Positions 43,935-53,948 of a stretch of 64,000 nt of DNA are shown piece after piece. Source of the DNA: Spirochaetia bacterium (GTDB lineage Bacteria; Spirochaetota; Spirochaetia; SP-2023); contig CBDHHO010000003.1 in NCBI GenBank assembly GCA_965263485.1, positions 26,359-90,358 of the forward strand. The letters are read 5' to 3'. The position numbers and the translations under genes are program-made. The notes under the pieces were generated by a model that worked only from the letters and a program-made list of their open reading frames with translations, made no database searches and had not been told where the DNA came from. Within the stretch, counting starts at the first letter, position 1, and each line of letters starts with the position of its first letter.

Positions 43935-44837
43935 ATGAAGATACTAATCACAAATGACGATGGCTACGATCATTTAGGGCATCGCAGCCTCAAGAAAATA
44001 CTGCAAGAACTGGATCATGAAGTCTGGAGTGTCGCTCCCCAGCAGAATCAGAGTGGTGTCGGGATGAAAATGACCATGGATCAGGATCTGGAATGTAAGC
44101 CTCTGGATCAGCGCAGCTGGGCTTGTTCCGGGACACCAGTAGACTGCGTGCTGTTCGCTATTCACGGCCTGCTGCCCATTCGTCCGGATGCGATGATTTC
44201 GGGAATCAACGGTGGCTCCAACCTCAGCGATGATCTGTGGTATTCCGGCACGGCAGCGGCGGCCCGCGAGGCCTCAAAGTGGGGGCTGCCAGCTCTGGCA
44301 CTGTCCTACAGCTGTCCGCCGCCCTATTGCGAAGCAGATTTTTCAGATTTTGCAGGCCTTCTGGGCGCACACCTTGAGGACTTGCTCCGGGCCTGTGAAC
44401 TACAGCAATTGTCCGGAGCAACGAAAGTCTCTGGACATAAGCATGGTATCGGAGCAGGATTCACTGGTTTTCTAAACATCAACATACCCGCCGACTGCAA
44501 CGGCAAAATCCAGTTTGTCAGTCGCTTTGAGCCACGCCCTTACCTCAATCACCTAGAACAGATCAGCGAGCATCGCTACGCGCTCCGCGGCGAAATTGAC
44601 AAGGATTCCTGTCTCAGACCAGTTTCACTCAGCGGCGTGGACACGGCAGCTGACGGGCTCTCGCAAATCAGCATCAGTCTGGGTTCGTTCCACGCACTAC
44701 AGCCGCTGCCATATCAGTCGGCCTTGCAGAGCATGAGGTCCGGGCCACTGCGGCTGGGTCCTTCCGAACGGGCTGAGCAGGCTGTGCGACGCATTGTCCA
44801 GGCGGCGGGGCAAGCAGGCCAAGTGGGTATGGGTTAG
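43935..44837 (+). CDS. surE: 5'/3'-nucleotidase SurE
   Basis: ILITNDDG, GTPVDC, SGINGGSN, YSGT. Confidence 0.92.
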   Translation: MKILITNDDGYDHLGHRSLKKILQELDHEVWSVAPQQNQSGVGMKMTMDQDLECKPLDQRSWACSGTPVDCVLFAIHGLLPIRPDAMISGINGGSNLSDDLWYSGTAAAAREASKWGLPALALSYSCPPPYCEADFSDFAGLLGAHLEDLLRACELQQLSGATKVSGHKHGIGAGFTGFLNINIPADCNGKIQFVSRFEPRPYLNHLEQISEHRYALRGEIDKDSCLRPVSLSGVDTAADGLSQISISLGSFHALQPLPYQSALQSMRSGPLRLGPSERAEQAVRRIVQAAGQAGQVGMG

Positions 44838-44841
44838 AAAA

Positions 44842-45516
44842 ATGGGGCTGATTTCCGAAGATCCGGATTTATTCCATTGCTATCGCAGAGGAGCCTATCG
44901 CCAATTGTTAAGTGCCGTTCAGAAAAAAAAGCACTACGAAATCAATGATTTGTTGATCGTGGGACTGGCCTATTTTAAACTAAAGGAATTTGCCAAGAGC
45001 CGCAGCTGTGTTGATTTTGTGATTGAACGCGCCAGCGAAGAAAATATTTGGGCCAAGCACGCCCGCTTTATTCGCAGTCAGCTTTCACTGGTCGACCTTG
45101 ACTGGGAGGGCGCGATCGTTTATCTGGAAGAGCTCTTGTGTATGGCCTACCCCCACGAGCGCGAGGTCAGCAACAGTTTAGCGTATGTCTACTGGCAGAG
45201 CGAGAATCCCTCTCAGGCGATATACCATTGGGAGCGGGTCTTACAAATGGATGCCGAGAACGCTTCTGCCCTTAATTCTCTGGGTTTTATCCTGGCCGAC
45301 ACCGATACGGATTTGCCCAAGGCCCACGAACTGTGTGTGCGTGCCAATCAACTGAAGAGCGATTACAGCCCCTACTTGGATTCCTTCGGCTGGACTCTGC
45401 ACAAACTGGGGCAGCGTGCCAAGGCCATTTACACACTGCGCAAGGCCATGATCCTGAGCCCGGAAAACCAGGAAGTGCGCCGGCACCTGAGTTGTGCGAC
45501 CGTTGCCACTTATTGA
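44842..45516 (+). CDS. TPR protein
   Basis: ALNSLGFILAD, YLDSFGWTLHKLG. Confidence 0.8.
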   Translation: MGLISEDPDLFHCYRRGAYRQLLSAVQKKKHYEINDLLIVGLAYFKLKEFAKSRSCVDFVIERASEENIWAKHARFIRSQLSLVDLDWEGAIVYLEELLCMAYPHEREVSNSLAYVYWQSENPSQAIYHWERVLQMDAENASALNSLGFILADTDTDLPKAHELCVRANQLKSDYSPYLDSFGWTLHKLGQRAKAIYTLRKAMILSPENQEVRRHLSCATVATY

Positions 45517-45646
45517 TTTGAGCAACATTTGTAGTGCGTTTTTATACTTTGCCAAAATGCAGAAAAATGATAGTCTCTGGTACTTTACAGAACCCCCCGG
45601 CTGCCTCACAGGCCCCGATTTGATTCTGCTGTCTTGAGGAGGGTGT

Positions 45647-47758
45647 ATGAAATTTTGTGTCTCCGCCTCACCGGAGTCAGGTATTATAAAGAACTTGAGC
45701 ATACGTTTACTACTGTTGTTCATAGTTGCAGCGATTCTTTATTTGACAATAAAGGGTTTCCTTTCTGCTCAAAGTACAGAAGGAAGAGCTGAATACAGTA
45801 CTATTCAGGCGCGTGAAAATTTCCGCTTGGGCGTGAATGCTTTTAATTATGGTTTCTATAATCGTGCTATTGTCTCTTTAGAACATTCTCTTGCCTTGCA
45901 TCCGGATGACCCGGCTGCCATATTCTGGTTGGGGCGCAGTTATTACGCCAGTGGCTATGTCCGGCTGGGGTTAGAGCAGTGGAAAACCTTGATTGATCGC
46001 AATGAGGCTAAGGCCGGTCTGCAAAGCTTCTATGAGACTTTGGACTACCGCTACCGCCAAGTGGCTAAACTGAACGTACCTGAAAATTATTCGCTGTTCA
46101 TGAAGCTGGAGTCTAACAAAGTCAGTTCACGGCGCAGTGCTTATTTTGTCGGCCCGACAGCCGCGCGCGCGGCGCAGGATCGAGACGAGATTTATATCGT
46201 TGATTATCGTGACAATAAAGTAGTTTCCATTGATGCGAACGGTTCGGCAAAGTCTCTGTTCCGTGGTTCGTTGAAGCAAGTCTACGACCATCCTTTCGAT
46301 ATTCTGCTGCGTCCCAAGGGTCAAGGCTTTATTCTCAGTCAGGAAGGGACCAACTCCCTGCTGTTCTGCGATGAAAAAGGCTACCCGATCCGAGAAGTCG
46401 GGAGCAAGGGCAGCGGGGCGGAGCAGTTTCTGGGGCCACAGCATTTGGCCGACGCGGGCAATGGTTATTTCTACGTCACTGACTGGGGCAACCGGCGCAT
46501 CGTCAAGCTGGATTATGAGGGCAATTTTATCTTCACCTTCGGTCTGGCTCAGGTCGGTCGGTCAGATTTTGGAGGGCTGAAAGGGCCGACCGGCATAGTG
46601 GTGCGGGATGACAAAATCTATGTGGCGGACACCCTGCAACGCAAGATTTTTGTTTTCAACCAAGAGGGTCGCTACCTCGAAACATTGCCTGGCTCTGAGC
46701 TGAGTGCTCCCGAATCTCTGCTGGTGAATCGCGAGGGCAATCTGCTGATTGCCGATGGCAATCAGATCAAGCTTTATGATTTTAACCAGCGAAGCTTGGA
46801 GACCATCTATACCGGTGATAAGAACCGCAGGTATATTGATCTGAACTATGACCGGAATCTCAATATTCTCGCCGTAGATTTCGCCAACGAAGAAATTGAT
46901 TTCATTACCCCGGTCAACAAGCTCTACACCGACTTATTTGTCCAAGTCGATCGGGTTGTCACCTCGCAGTATCCCAAGCTTAGCGTGGATTTGCTGGTCG
47001 AAGACCGGGAAGGCTCTCCGATTGTGGGATTGGGCAAAAGGAATTTTCAGCTTATTGAAAACAATCAAATTCAAGCTGCCGATTTGGCATACACCAGTGT
47101 TGATGATCGTTCTGTGGCTCTGGCCATCATCCTTGGCAGTAATATTGAGGCATACAAAGGCGCGGTTCAACATCTGGTGGACAGCATGCTGCCCGGTGAC
47201 GGCTTTTTGCTGGTGCAGGGAGCCAAGAGCCCCAGGATTCTGAGCGATGATCCGCAGTATCTGATGGAGGAATTGGCCACCTATCAGGCAGAGGAAGGAG
47301 CAGATTCTCCGGAAGCGAATTTTGATATTTCCCTGCGTTTTACTCTGGACAGCTTAGTGGGATCACGACAGCAGAAGATTGTGGTTTTTGTCTCTGGCGC
47401 AGCAACCCGGATTGTGGCTGAAACGTATAATATTTCGGACCTGAAGAGTTACTTGGAATTACAGAACGGTAATATGTACGGGGTTGTTTCAAACGAAAAC
47501 AAGATCATTTCGTATCTGGTGAACAATACCAATGGCCGGCTCTACTACGATGCCAACGTGCGCGGTTTTGCCCGTGATGTCCGGTTCAACCGCAATGAAT
47601 TGACCGGTTATTACACCCTGCATTATGAATCGCAAGCCTACACTGATCTGGCCCGGCGCTATATCCCAGTGGAAGTTGCGGTGCGTTATGTCCGGCGCAG
47701 TGGCATCGGAGAACTGGGTTTCTTTGCTCCGTTATCTTTGGCCAATGCTAAGCACTAG
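45647..47758 (+). CDS. Exported TPR + NHL beta-propeller + vWA-like protein
   Basis: N-terminal TM, TPR, repeats YVTDWGNRRI / YVADT, C-terminal domain starting YPKLSVDL. Confidence 0.8.
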   Translation: MKFCVSASPESGIIKNLSIRLLLLFIVAAILYLTIKGFLSAQSTEGRAEYSTIQARENFRLGVNAFNYGFYNRAIVSLEHSLALHPDDPAAIFWLGRSYYASGYVRLGLEQWKTLIDRNEAKAGLQSFYETLDYRYRQVAKLNVPENYSLFMKLESNKVSSRRSAYFVGPTAARAAQDRDEIYIVDYRDNKVVSIDANGSAKSLFRGSLKQVYDHPFDILLRPKGQGFILSQEGTNSLLFCDEKGYPIREVGSKGSGAEQFLGPQHLADAGNGYFYVTDWGNRRIVKLDYEGNFIFTFGLAQVGRSDFGGLKGPTGIVVRDDKIYVADTLQRKIFVFNQEGRYLETLPGSELSAPESLLVNREGNLLIADGNQIKLYDFNQRSLETIYTGDKNRRYIDLNYDRNLNILAVDFANEEIDFITPVNKLYTDLFVQVDRVVTSQYPKLSVDLLVEDREGSPIVGLGKRNFQLIENNQIQAADLAYTSVDDRSVALAIILGSNIEAYKGAVQHLVDSMLPGDGFLLVQGAKSPRILSDDPQYLMEELATYQAEEGADSPEANFDISLRFTLDSLVGSRQQKIVVFVSGAATRIVAETYNISDLKSYLELQNGNMYGVVSNENKIISYLVNNTNGRLYYDANVRGFARDVRFNRNELTGYYTLHYESQAYTDLARRYIPVEVAVRYVRRSGIGELGFFAPLSLANAKH

Positions 47759-49664
47759 GCATCCGACAGGCTCTCAGAGATCCGCGATTTCGGTCAGAAT
47801 AGCGACCTTATGCGCAAATAGTGGTTTTTGTGGCGAGATTACTGGCAGGGCCCTGCTATGTCTTGCCAGTGCCAATAAGACCTTGCAGAACCGCAAAATA
47901 TTCTGTGACTTGATTTCCTTGCTATCATGTCGGGGAAAATACCGGGCTCGCAAATTATGGCCCGGAGGGCCTATTCCCGTCAGTCTGTCGGCTTTTCTCA
48001 TTGTTGCTTTGGCAGCAGCCCCCGGTTCCCTGCGGGCTAAAGAAATTCACAATTATCGCTGGCGTTATTCGCTGAATGTCCCAGCCAGCTGGTTGCCAAA
48101 AGAAGGTAATGACAGCAGCGGCTTCCAGCGGTTTCGCAGCCTGAATGGGCACTTGGGCTTGGAGATACAGGCTTGGGAGCGGCGCGAAGTGCAGAGCCTA
48201 GATTCGATGTATATCTGGCACTTGCAGAGCATCAAAGGCAGTGGCGTGGTCAGCCGTTTCCAGCACATGGGTTATACGGTGCTGTTGGCACGCATTGATT
48301 ACTATCGCGATAAAGACTCAACGGACCAGGGTCGCGGGGATAATCCGGTGATGCCCGCCGCCGAGTCGGATCCCGGCATCGGCCCGGGGCGGCCCGAGAC
48401 GCTGCAGATCATTGAGTTTGAAGGTCGCTTGGAGAGTGACAATGATCCAAGTGGCGGAGTCGAAGAGGGGCACAGCCCGCTTACAGATTTGGATGGCAGG
48501 CTGGAGAGCAACGCAGACCAGAGTCTGAATGATCCCCATGATCTGAAGCTGGGGGGCGGCAGGCAAGCCAACGAGGCAGAGGATCGTTCTCTACAGGGGT
48601 ATCCCGAAGCAAATACGGTGGCGTATGTTTTGTATTTTTATGGAGCGCAATACGCCTATCGGGTGGCCAGTATCGGACCGCGCAATGCCACAAGTCTGGA
48701 GCGCGATATTCAGCAGTCGGTACTCGATTCCTTTGGCTTTGAAGACCATAATCACTGGCATTGGGGGCCGGTATCGAGCTTGTTCATTCAGTACGACCAC
48801 CAAGATGCCCGGACTCCTTCGAGTCCGGGCGGGGGGCAGGAGCAGTTGTTCAGTATCTGGCGGCTGGGAGACTATAGTTTTCGCATTCTGCGCAGATCCA
48901 AGGAAGAACAGGTTGCCAGACAAATACTGGAGCGGGAGAAGCGCATCCTACAAGCGGTAGAATCGATTCCGAGGCTTTATCCCTACGCGTTGGCGCGTTT
49001 TTATTACATGAATTTCCGGCAGAATTTTGCGTTGTTCAAAGATTTTGCGGTACTACTGCGCAGTAAATACCGTCAACACGCCCAAGAATCACGCAGGACT
49101 GATGAGGCGAACGGTATTTACCAGAATTACCGTGTTCAGGACACAGATTGGTCCCCGAAGGGTAATCGTGCTGATAAACAGGAGCTGTCTTTGTATGAAT
49201 ACCTGCTTTACGACTTGCAGGATCTGTTGCTCGACTCCGGGCGCAACACCGAGACGGTAGCCGGGATATCGCTGGAACTGCCGAGCCGGGCTTTAGAGCA
49301 CCTGCCGAACAGTAATGAAGTGCAAGCGCTCAATATCGAGACTCTGGCATTGGTCTACAATATAATCAATGCCCATTTTCAACATAATGGATTGATTTTA
49401 TACGCGCCCAAGTATTCGCAGTTGCTCGTAGGAGTGGAAGAACTGAATGTTGATGAGGGGTTTCTGGCCCGGAGCTACAGGCCGGAGCAGAGCCGGTTTC
49501 GGGAATACAATGGTATCAGCATCAGCTGGTATAATAATCGCTATCTGGTTGGCGAGCTGACGGCCCGGATTTATATCGGCTGGGCCCGGACACCGCTGCG
49601 TGACTTGCAGAACTGGATTCCGATCACCTTCCACCGCTATATGACACCTCGTTTCTTCCCGTGA
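47745..49664 (+). CDS. Hypothetical exported protein (start uncertain)
   Basis: Long ORF in the operon; hydrophobic signal-like stretch LSAFLIVALAAAP. Confidence 0.65.
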   Translation: MLSTRHPTGSQRSAISVRIATLCANSGFCGEITGRALLCLASANKTLQNRKIFCDLISLLSCRGKYRARKLWPGGPIPVSLSAFLIVALAAAPGSLRAKEIHNYRWRYSLNVPASWLPKEGNDSSGFQRFRSLNGHLGLEIQAWERREVQSLDSMYIWHLQSIKGSGVVSRFQHMGYTVLLARIDYYRDKDSTDQGRGDNPVMPAAESDPGIGPGRPETLQIIEFEGRLESDNDPSGGVEEGHSPLTDLDGRLESNADQSLNDPHDLKLGGGRQANEAEDRSLQGYPEANTVAYVLYFYGAQYAYRVASIGPRNATSLERDIQQSVLDSFGFEDHNHWHWGPVSSLFIQYDHQDARTPSSPGGGQEQLFSIWRLGDYSFRILRRSKEEQVARQILEREKRILQAVESIPRLYPYALARFYYMNFRQNFALFKDFAVLLRSKYRQHAQESRRTDEANGIYQNYRVQDTDWSPKGNRADKQELSLYEYLLYDLQDLLLDSGRNTETVAGISLELPSRALEHLPNSNEVQALNIETLALVYNIINAHFQHNGLILYAPKYSQLLVGVEELNVDEGFLARSYRPEQSRFREYNGISISWYNNRYLVGELTARIYIGWARTPLRDLQNWIPITFHRYMTPRFFP

Positions 49665-50566
49665 ATGCTTTACACATGGCCACTGAGAATCCGGAATCCT
49701 CTGCCCCTGAAGCCTGCTGGCAACAATTGGCTGCCCATTGCGGTAGCGAATTAAATATGCTGCTGCAAAGTACTTTGTATTTTTTGCTCTACCGATTCGC
49801 AGAATCTAAACCTACAGGGGGCCAAGTTCGGAACGGGTTGTTCCGAGACTGGCAGCAATACCGGTGTCTATTAAGACAAGCCGATCGGGAACGGCAGGCA
49901 AATCTGCTGCTCTGGCAGATACCGCTGGGCTTGCTGCTAAGTTTGAAGCAGCAGCAGCAGCACGCATTGATTGAACAGTTTTTTTCTGATACTTGGGCAC
50001 TGCCACTCTGGTATGAGAATCATTTTGTGGCCCGGTCCCGCCGCGCTTTGATATTGCGATCACAGCGAATTGAGCCGGAACTACTGGCCAAACTGCTGGC
50101 AGACAGGATTCCTGGCAGCTCACCAGAAACCTTGCCTCCCGCCATATCCGAGAATCCACTGCCCGAAAGTCTGCCTTGGGCACCACCGCGACTCAGCCCG
50201 GCAACCAAGGAGCAGCTGTTGTTTCAGCTCCGGGCTCTACCGTCCGGCTCGTCAACAGGACAACGACACAATGGGGGCTTCCGTTGCAGCGAGTCAGAGT
50301 TGCTGCTGTTTTTGGGCTTTGCCCCACTCTCGCAGCTCTTCCTTCCATCACGGAAGGCAGGGGGGCAAGCGAACCAGGCAAATCAAGTCCCCCGGCCGGG
50401 TTTCGGGGTGTGGCCTTCGATGGAGCTGGGCAGCTTACTGGCCCGGCTCGATTTTCAACTTTTTGAGTTGTACAGTGGAGTGTCTTGCCATGTAGAACAG
50501 ATGTTGTGTCAAGAGTACCGCGAGGGTTTGCGCGACTTTTGGCAAAGTCATTGGGGAAATTTCTGA
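49661..50566 (+). CDS. Hypothetical protein
   Basis: Start overlaps the upstream stop (GTGA). Confidence 0.6.
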   Translation: MNALHMATENPESSAPEACWQQLAAHCGSELNMLLQSTLYFLLYRFAESKPTGGQVRNGLFRDWQQYRCLLRQADRERQANLLLWQIPLGLLLSLKQQQQHALIEQFFSDTWALPLWYENHFVARSRRALILRSQRIEPELLAKLLADRIPGSSPETLPPAISENPLPESLPWAPPRLSPATKEQLLFQLRALPSGSSTGQRHNGGFRCSESELLLFLGFAPLSQLFLPSRKAGGQANQANQVPRPGFGVWPSMELGSLLARLDFQLFELYSGVSCHVEQMLCQEYREGLRDFWQSHWGNF

Positions 50567-50576
50567 AGGGAAGTTC

Positions 50577-50605
50577 AAAAAAAGCCCTGTATGAATACAG
50601 GGCTT
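50577..50605 (-). terminator. Intrinsic terminator downstream of groES
   Basis: AAGCCCTGTAT-GA-ATACAGGGCTT with a T-run on the minus strand. Confidence 0.6.
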
Positions 50606-50824
50606 GAGAGAATGAAGCAAATGCTGCCAGCAGATTTTCGGAGATGAGTACCCTCTGCTAGGATCTGCATCTTATTTGCGTTTGCGAATAGCTTTGTCAG
50701 GGAGCAGACTCTTGATACGTCTTCTTCTATGCTGAAGCGAGAGTCCTTACTACAAAGCCCGGCCCCTTCCCTAGCTACCCCGTGAAAACCTCAAAAACCC
50801 GGCTTGCCTGGTTACGATAACCTG

Positions 50825-51088
50825 CTAGTCAATGATGGCAATGATGTCATCGTTTTTGACAATCAGGTGTTCATCCCCGTCTATTTTGACCGAAGAGCCA
50901 GCATACTTATCGTACATGACTTTCTGGCCCGTTTTGACCACAATTTCCTTATCTTCACCAACAGCTACAACCGTGCCGGTCTGGGTTTTCTCCTGTGCGG
51001 TGTCAGGAATGTACAATCCGGAAGCGGTTTTGCTTTCGGCCTCCTGGATTTTGATCAACACGCGACTGCCCAGTGGTTTTACTGCCAT
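50825..51088 (-). CDS. groES: Co-chaperonin GroES
   Basis: [39 protein letters not shown]. Confidence 0.97.
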   Translation of the reverse strand: MAVKPLGSRVLIKIQEAESKTASGLYIPDTAQEKTQTGTVVAVGEDKEIVVKTGQKVMYDKYAGSSVKIDGDEHLIVKNDDIIAIID

Positions 51089-51218
51089 AGATTTCTCCCT
51101 CACTTCGGAAAATTTGGTTTCATGATTTTGCGCTGCAAATATAAACACGGGGAACAGACATCGTCAAGCAAAAAAATTCCGGCCGCGAATATCAGCCAGA
51201 TTCCAAGAATCTGTTTAA

Positions 51219-51445
51219 GGGAAGCTCTAAAAATTCCAATTCCGCGCTTGAAGCGGCGATCTTTTCACGAATAAAAGTTCTGCCTTACGGCAGGATTTGT
51301 GAGGAATGGCCTGCTTCGCCTCGCCATTCCTCACCGTCAGGAAAGCTCCGTGATACAACAAAGTATCATGGAGCTTTCCTTCCTAGCCATTGTGAAAATC
51401 TCACTCGCTTAAAACTTAAGGGACCTCTAAAAATTCGCTTTTGCT
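51219..51445. mobile_element. MITE with two strong hairpins, plus a second left end (51419) at the prophage boundary
   Basis: GGGAAGCTCTAAAAATTCCAATTCCGCG; GGGACCTCTAAAAATTCGC. Confidence 0.75.
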
Positions 51446-51905
51446 GTGAGGCTGTCCTTGACAACTGCGCAGCCCTATGGCCTGCTGCGCCATTTGCCCT
51501 CAGACTCCATGAGTCTGGTCGTCAAAGCAGATGGAGAAGAACGGCGCATTGCCGTGCTTGGTTATAGAAAGGAAGTTCCCTACGGTTTGGAAGAGGGCGA
51601 AGTTGCCCTGTACAGTTCGCACGGACAAGTTTTGTACTTTAAAGATGACGGCTCAATCCACCTAGAAGCGCGCAAGGCAAGTTGAGCCTGCACAGTGAAA
51701 AAGAAGACCTATACAGCCTGCTCAAGGACCTTTTATCGGCAATTAAGGGGCTGACTACGGCGCAGATCGATACAGCAGTAACGGGGTCGAGCAAGACGGG
51801 CGGCTCGGTCGAGGGCACAGGCAAGAATGCCGGTGTGGGCTTAAACGCCGAAACGACTCAGAAGCTGGACGAGCTTGCCCAGCGGTTGGAGAAGCTGCTG
51901 CAACA
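51446..51905 (+). pseudogene. Mu gp45-like baseplate spike, 5'-truncated, frameshift ~51680
   Basis: QPYGL..GLEEGEVALYSSHGQVLYFKDDGSI, continuing in another frame as DLYSLLKDLLSAIKGLTT. Confidence 0.65.
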
Positions 51906-52241
51906 GGGCCAAAAGCCCAGCGAGGAAGCGGAGAGGCAGCGCGAGGCCCAGCAAGCGCAAGAAAAGCAGCAGGATCAGAACGCTCAGAAACACGGCCAAA
52001 GATATTTTGGGAAGGCTCAAGCGAGTCGAAATGAACGAAGAGCAGCGCCAAAGGGCGCACAAACGGCTCACCGAGATCACAAAGTCCTTTCGCCCAAGCT
52101 ATATCGAGGGGATTCTGGAGGCAGAGGAGCGACGCTGGAACAGGGCCAACGACAATCTGCCCAGTTTTGATTATCTGGCACCAGAGCACAACAAGGCCTA
52201 TCAAGCGCTCGTTCGCGCCTTGTTTGCCATGAGCCTGCCCC

Positions 52242-53333
52242 TCACCTTTGCCGCCGAAACGGGAACATCAGGGCTGTGGGTCGTTGGCGCGGGGGCTGCG
52301 GGGGCTGCGGGTTCTGCGGTTCCTCATACAAATCAAGGTAATTTACACCGGATTCCTTCAGCTTGTCATCAATTTCACTGTCCGACAGATGCCGGTAAAG
52401 ACCCTTGAGCGCATACCACCGCGAGGCCAGATTGACTTTGTACTTTCTGTCCTCAGTCCAGTAAGCCTGGCAGTAACGACAGAGATAACGCACCTCGCCA
52501 ACCACCTGGCTGTGCTTGTGCCCGAAAGACAAACCATAAAGCAACTTGCGCTGGCCCTGCTCATCCTCCGGCCCCATCTCGCCGAAAATCATCTCTTGCC
52601 ACTGACCGCAAAGCGGGCAGGGCGACAACCACTTCTCGCGAGTCCCGGCCAGATAGTCCTTGTGGAAATCGTTGCCGGCCAGGGTTGGCGTGGAAACCGC
52701 CAGCATCGCACCGTCCGGATTCGCCTCCATGCGCCCGGCAATTAGATCCTTGGCCGTGCCCTCATTGGGGAAGGTAGGAAAAACATCGCGTTCGTCCAAC
52801 ACGGCAAAGTCCGCTTCGTGCTGGCGGAAATTATTCTGGTTGTTGGCCCCGGAAAACTTCAAATAATTGCCGTGGACAAACTGCCACAATTGAGCCGTTT
52901 CGCCGGTCTTTTTGTTCTTCTTCCTGTCGTTCTGCCGGTCCTTCAGGCCAATCTGCTCCATCGCCCCGGAGGCCAAAAAATGTGGCCGCACCTTGACCTG
53001 AATATATTCGTCCAGCAACTTCTGGTCCGCACTGACATAATACTGATTCTTGCGGGCCACCATCACATTGTAAAACAACACCGGAATGATCATGCCCACA
53101 GTCGCACCAATCTTCACCGCCTTGATAAAGTCCACCTGACGCACCGGAGAATAATAACTGCACAAGTCCATCGGACGCCGGAGATACGGCGTCTTGGAAA
53201 TGTCAAAACCCTCCCAATACAACGAACCGGGAGGCTGAACCCGATACTTCAGCGCAGCAAAGTCCGAAACACTCAGCGTAGTTGGCGTTAGCGAACGGAA
53301 AAACTGCGCGACCTGGGAATCTCTTGGCTCCAT
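52242..53333 (-). pseudogene. Terminase large subunit (lambda GpA family), ATPase part only
   Basis: KTPYLRRPMD, KAVKIGAT, VLDERD, VSTPT, PCPLCG..YLCRYC; nuclease domain missing. Confidence 0.8.
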
Positions 53334-53390
53334 AACGCCAGTGTAAAAGGGAAAGGCGCGGATGCAAGGGGGCGGGACTATCTTGAGTAA

Positions 53391-53948
53391 CTAAAAATTA
53401 TGGGAGACCCTCTCAAAGATGACGTAATGAGCCTCTGGTAGCCTGATTCTGCCTATGGCTGTGTCAAATAATACTGCGGGCATTGCCAACAACTCATCAT
53501 AATTAATCAGAAAGTAAAAATACCCAATTTCGTGGATAGTAATCTTATAGATATACTTCACATCAGGGGCGATACCTATTTCAGCAAAGGTATCAGAAAA
53601 GTATGCCATATGACCTGGGAACATACCTCTAAATTCATTGAAACAAATATACCCAATAGTCTGAATATCTTCTTTCTTGATTATTAAGTGGTTTTCTTCT
53701 ATTGCGGCAAATTCCTCTTTGGTAAGTATATGCTCTGAAGGAAGAACCCTCTGTTGGGCATCTGGCATAACCCGAATGTTCTTGACTCTCCATTCACCCA
53801 CCGCATAGCGATACATTCTCGTAGGATCATCTATGCACTCGGTAAATGGGGAAAAGTCTTTCGGCGTTTCAGCCTGAATCCCTTTGGTGATCAACAGAAA
53901 TACAGTAAGGCAAAGGTATAGATAAATTGACAGTTTAGACCCGGTCAT
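53391..53948 (-). CDS. Secreted protein, candidate lysozyme immunity protein
   Basis: Sec signal (..LLITKGIQA-ET), AT-rich, overlaps the upstream gene by 14 nt. Confidence 0.65.
   Translation of the reverse strand: MTGSKLSIYLYLCLTVFLLITKGIQAETPKDFSPFTECIDDPTRMYRYAVGEWRVKNIRVMPDAQQRVLPSEHILTKEEFAAIEENHLIIKKEDIQTIGYICFNEFRGMFPGHMAYFSDTFAEIGIAPDVKYIYKITIHEIGYFYFLINYDELLAMPAVLFDTAIGRIRLPEAHYVIFERVSHNF

Noticed and set aside
50825-51088. groES without groEL as a novelty
   Set aside because: Unlinked groES and groEL are established in spirochaetes
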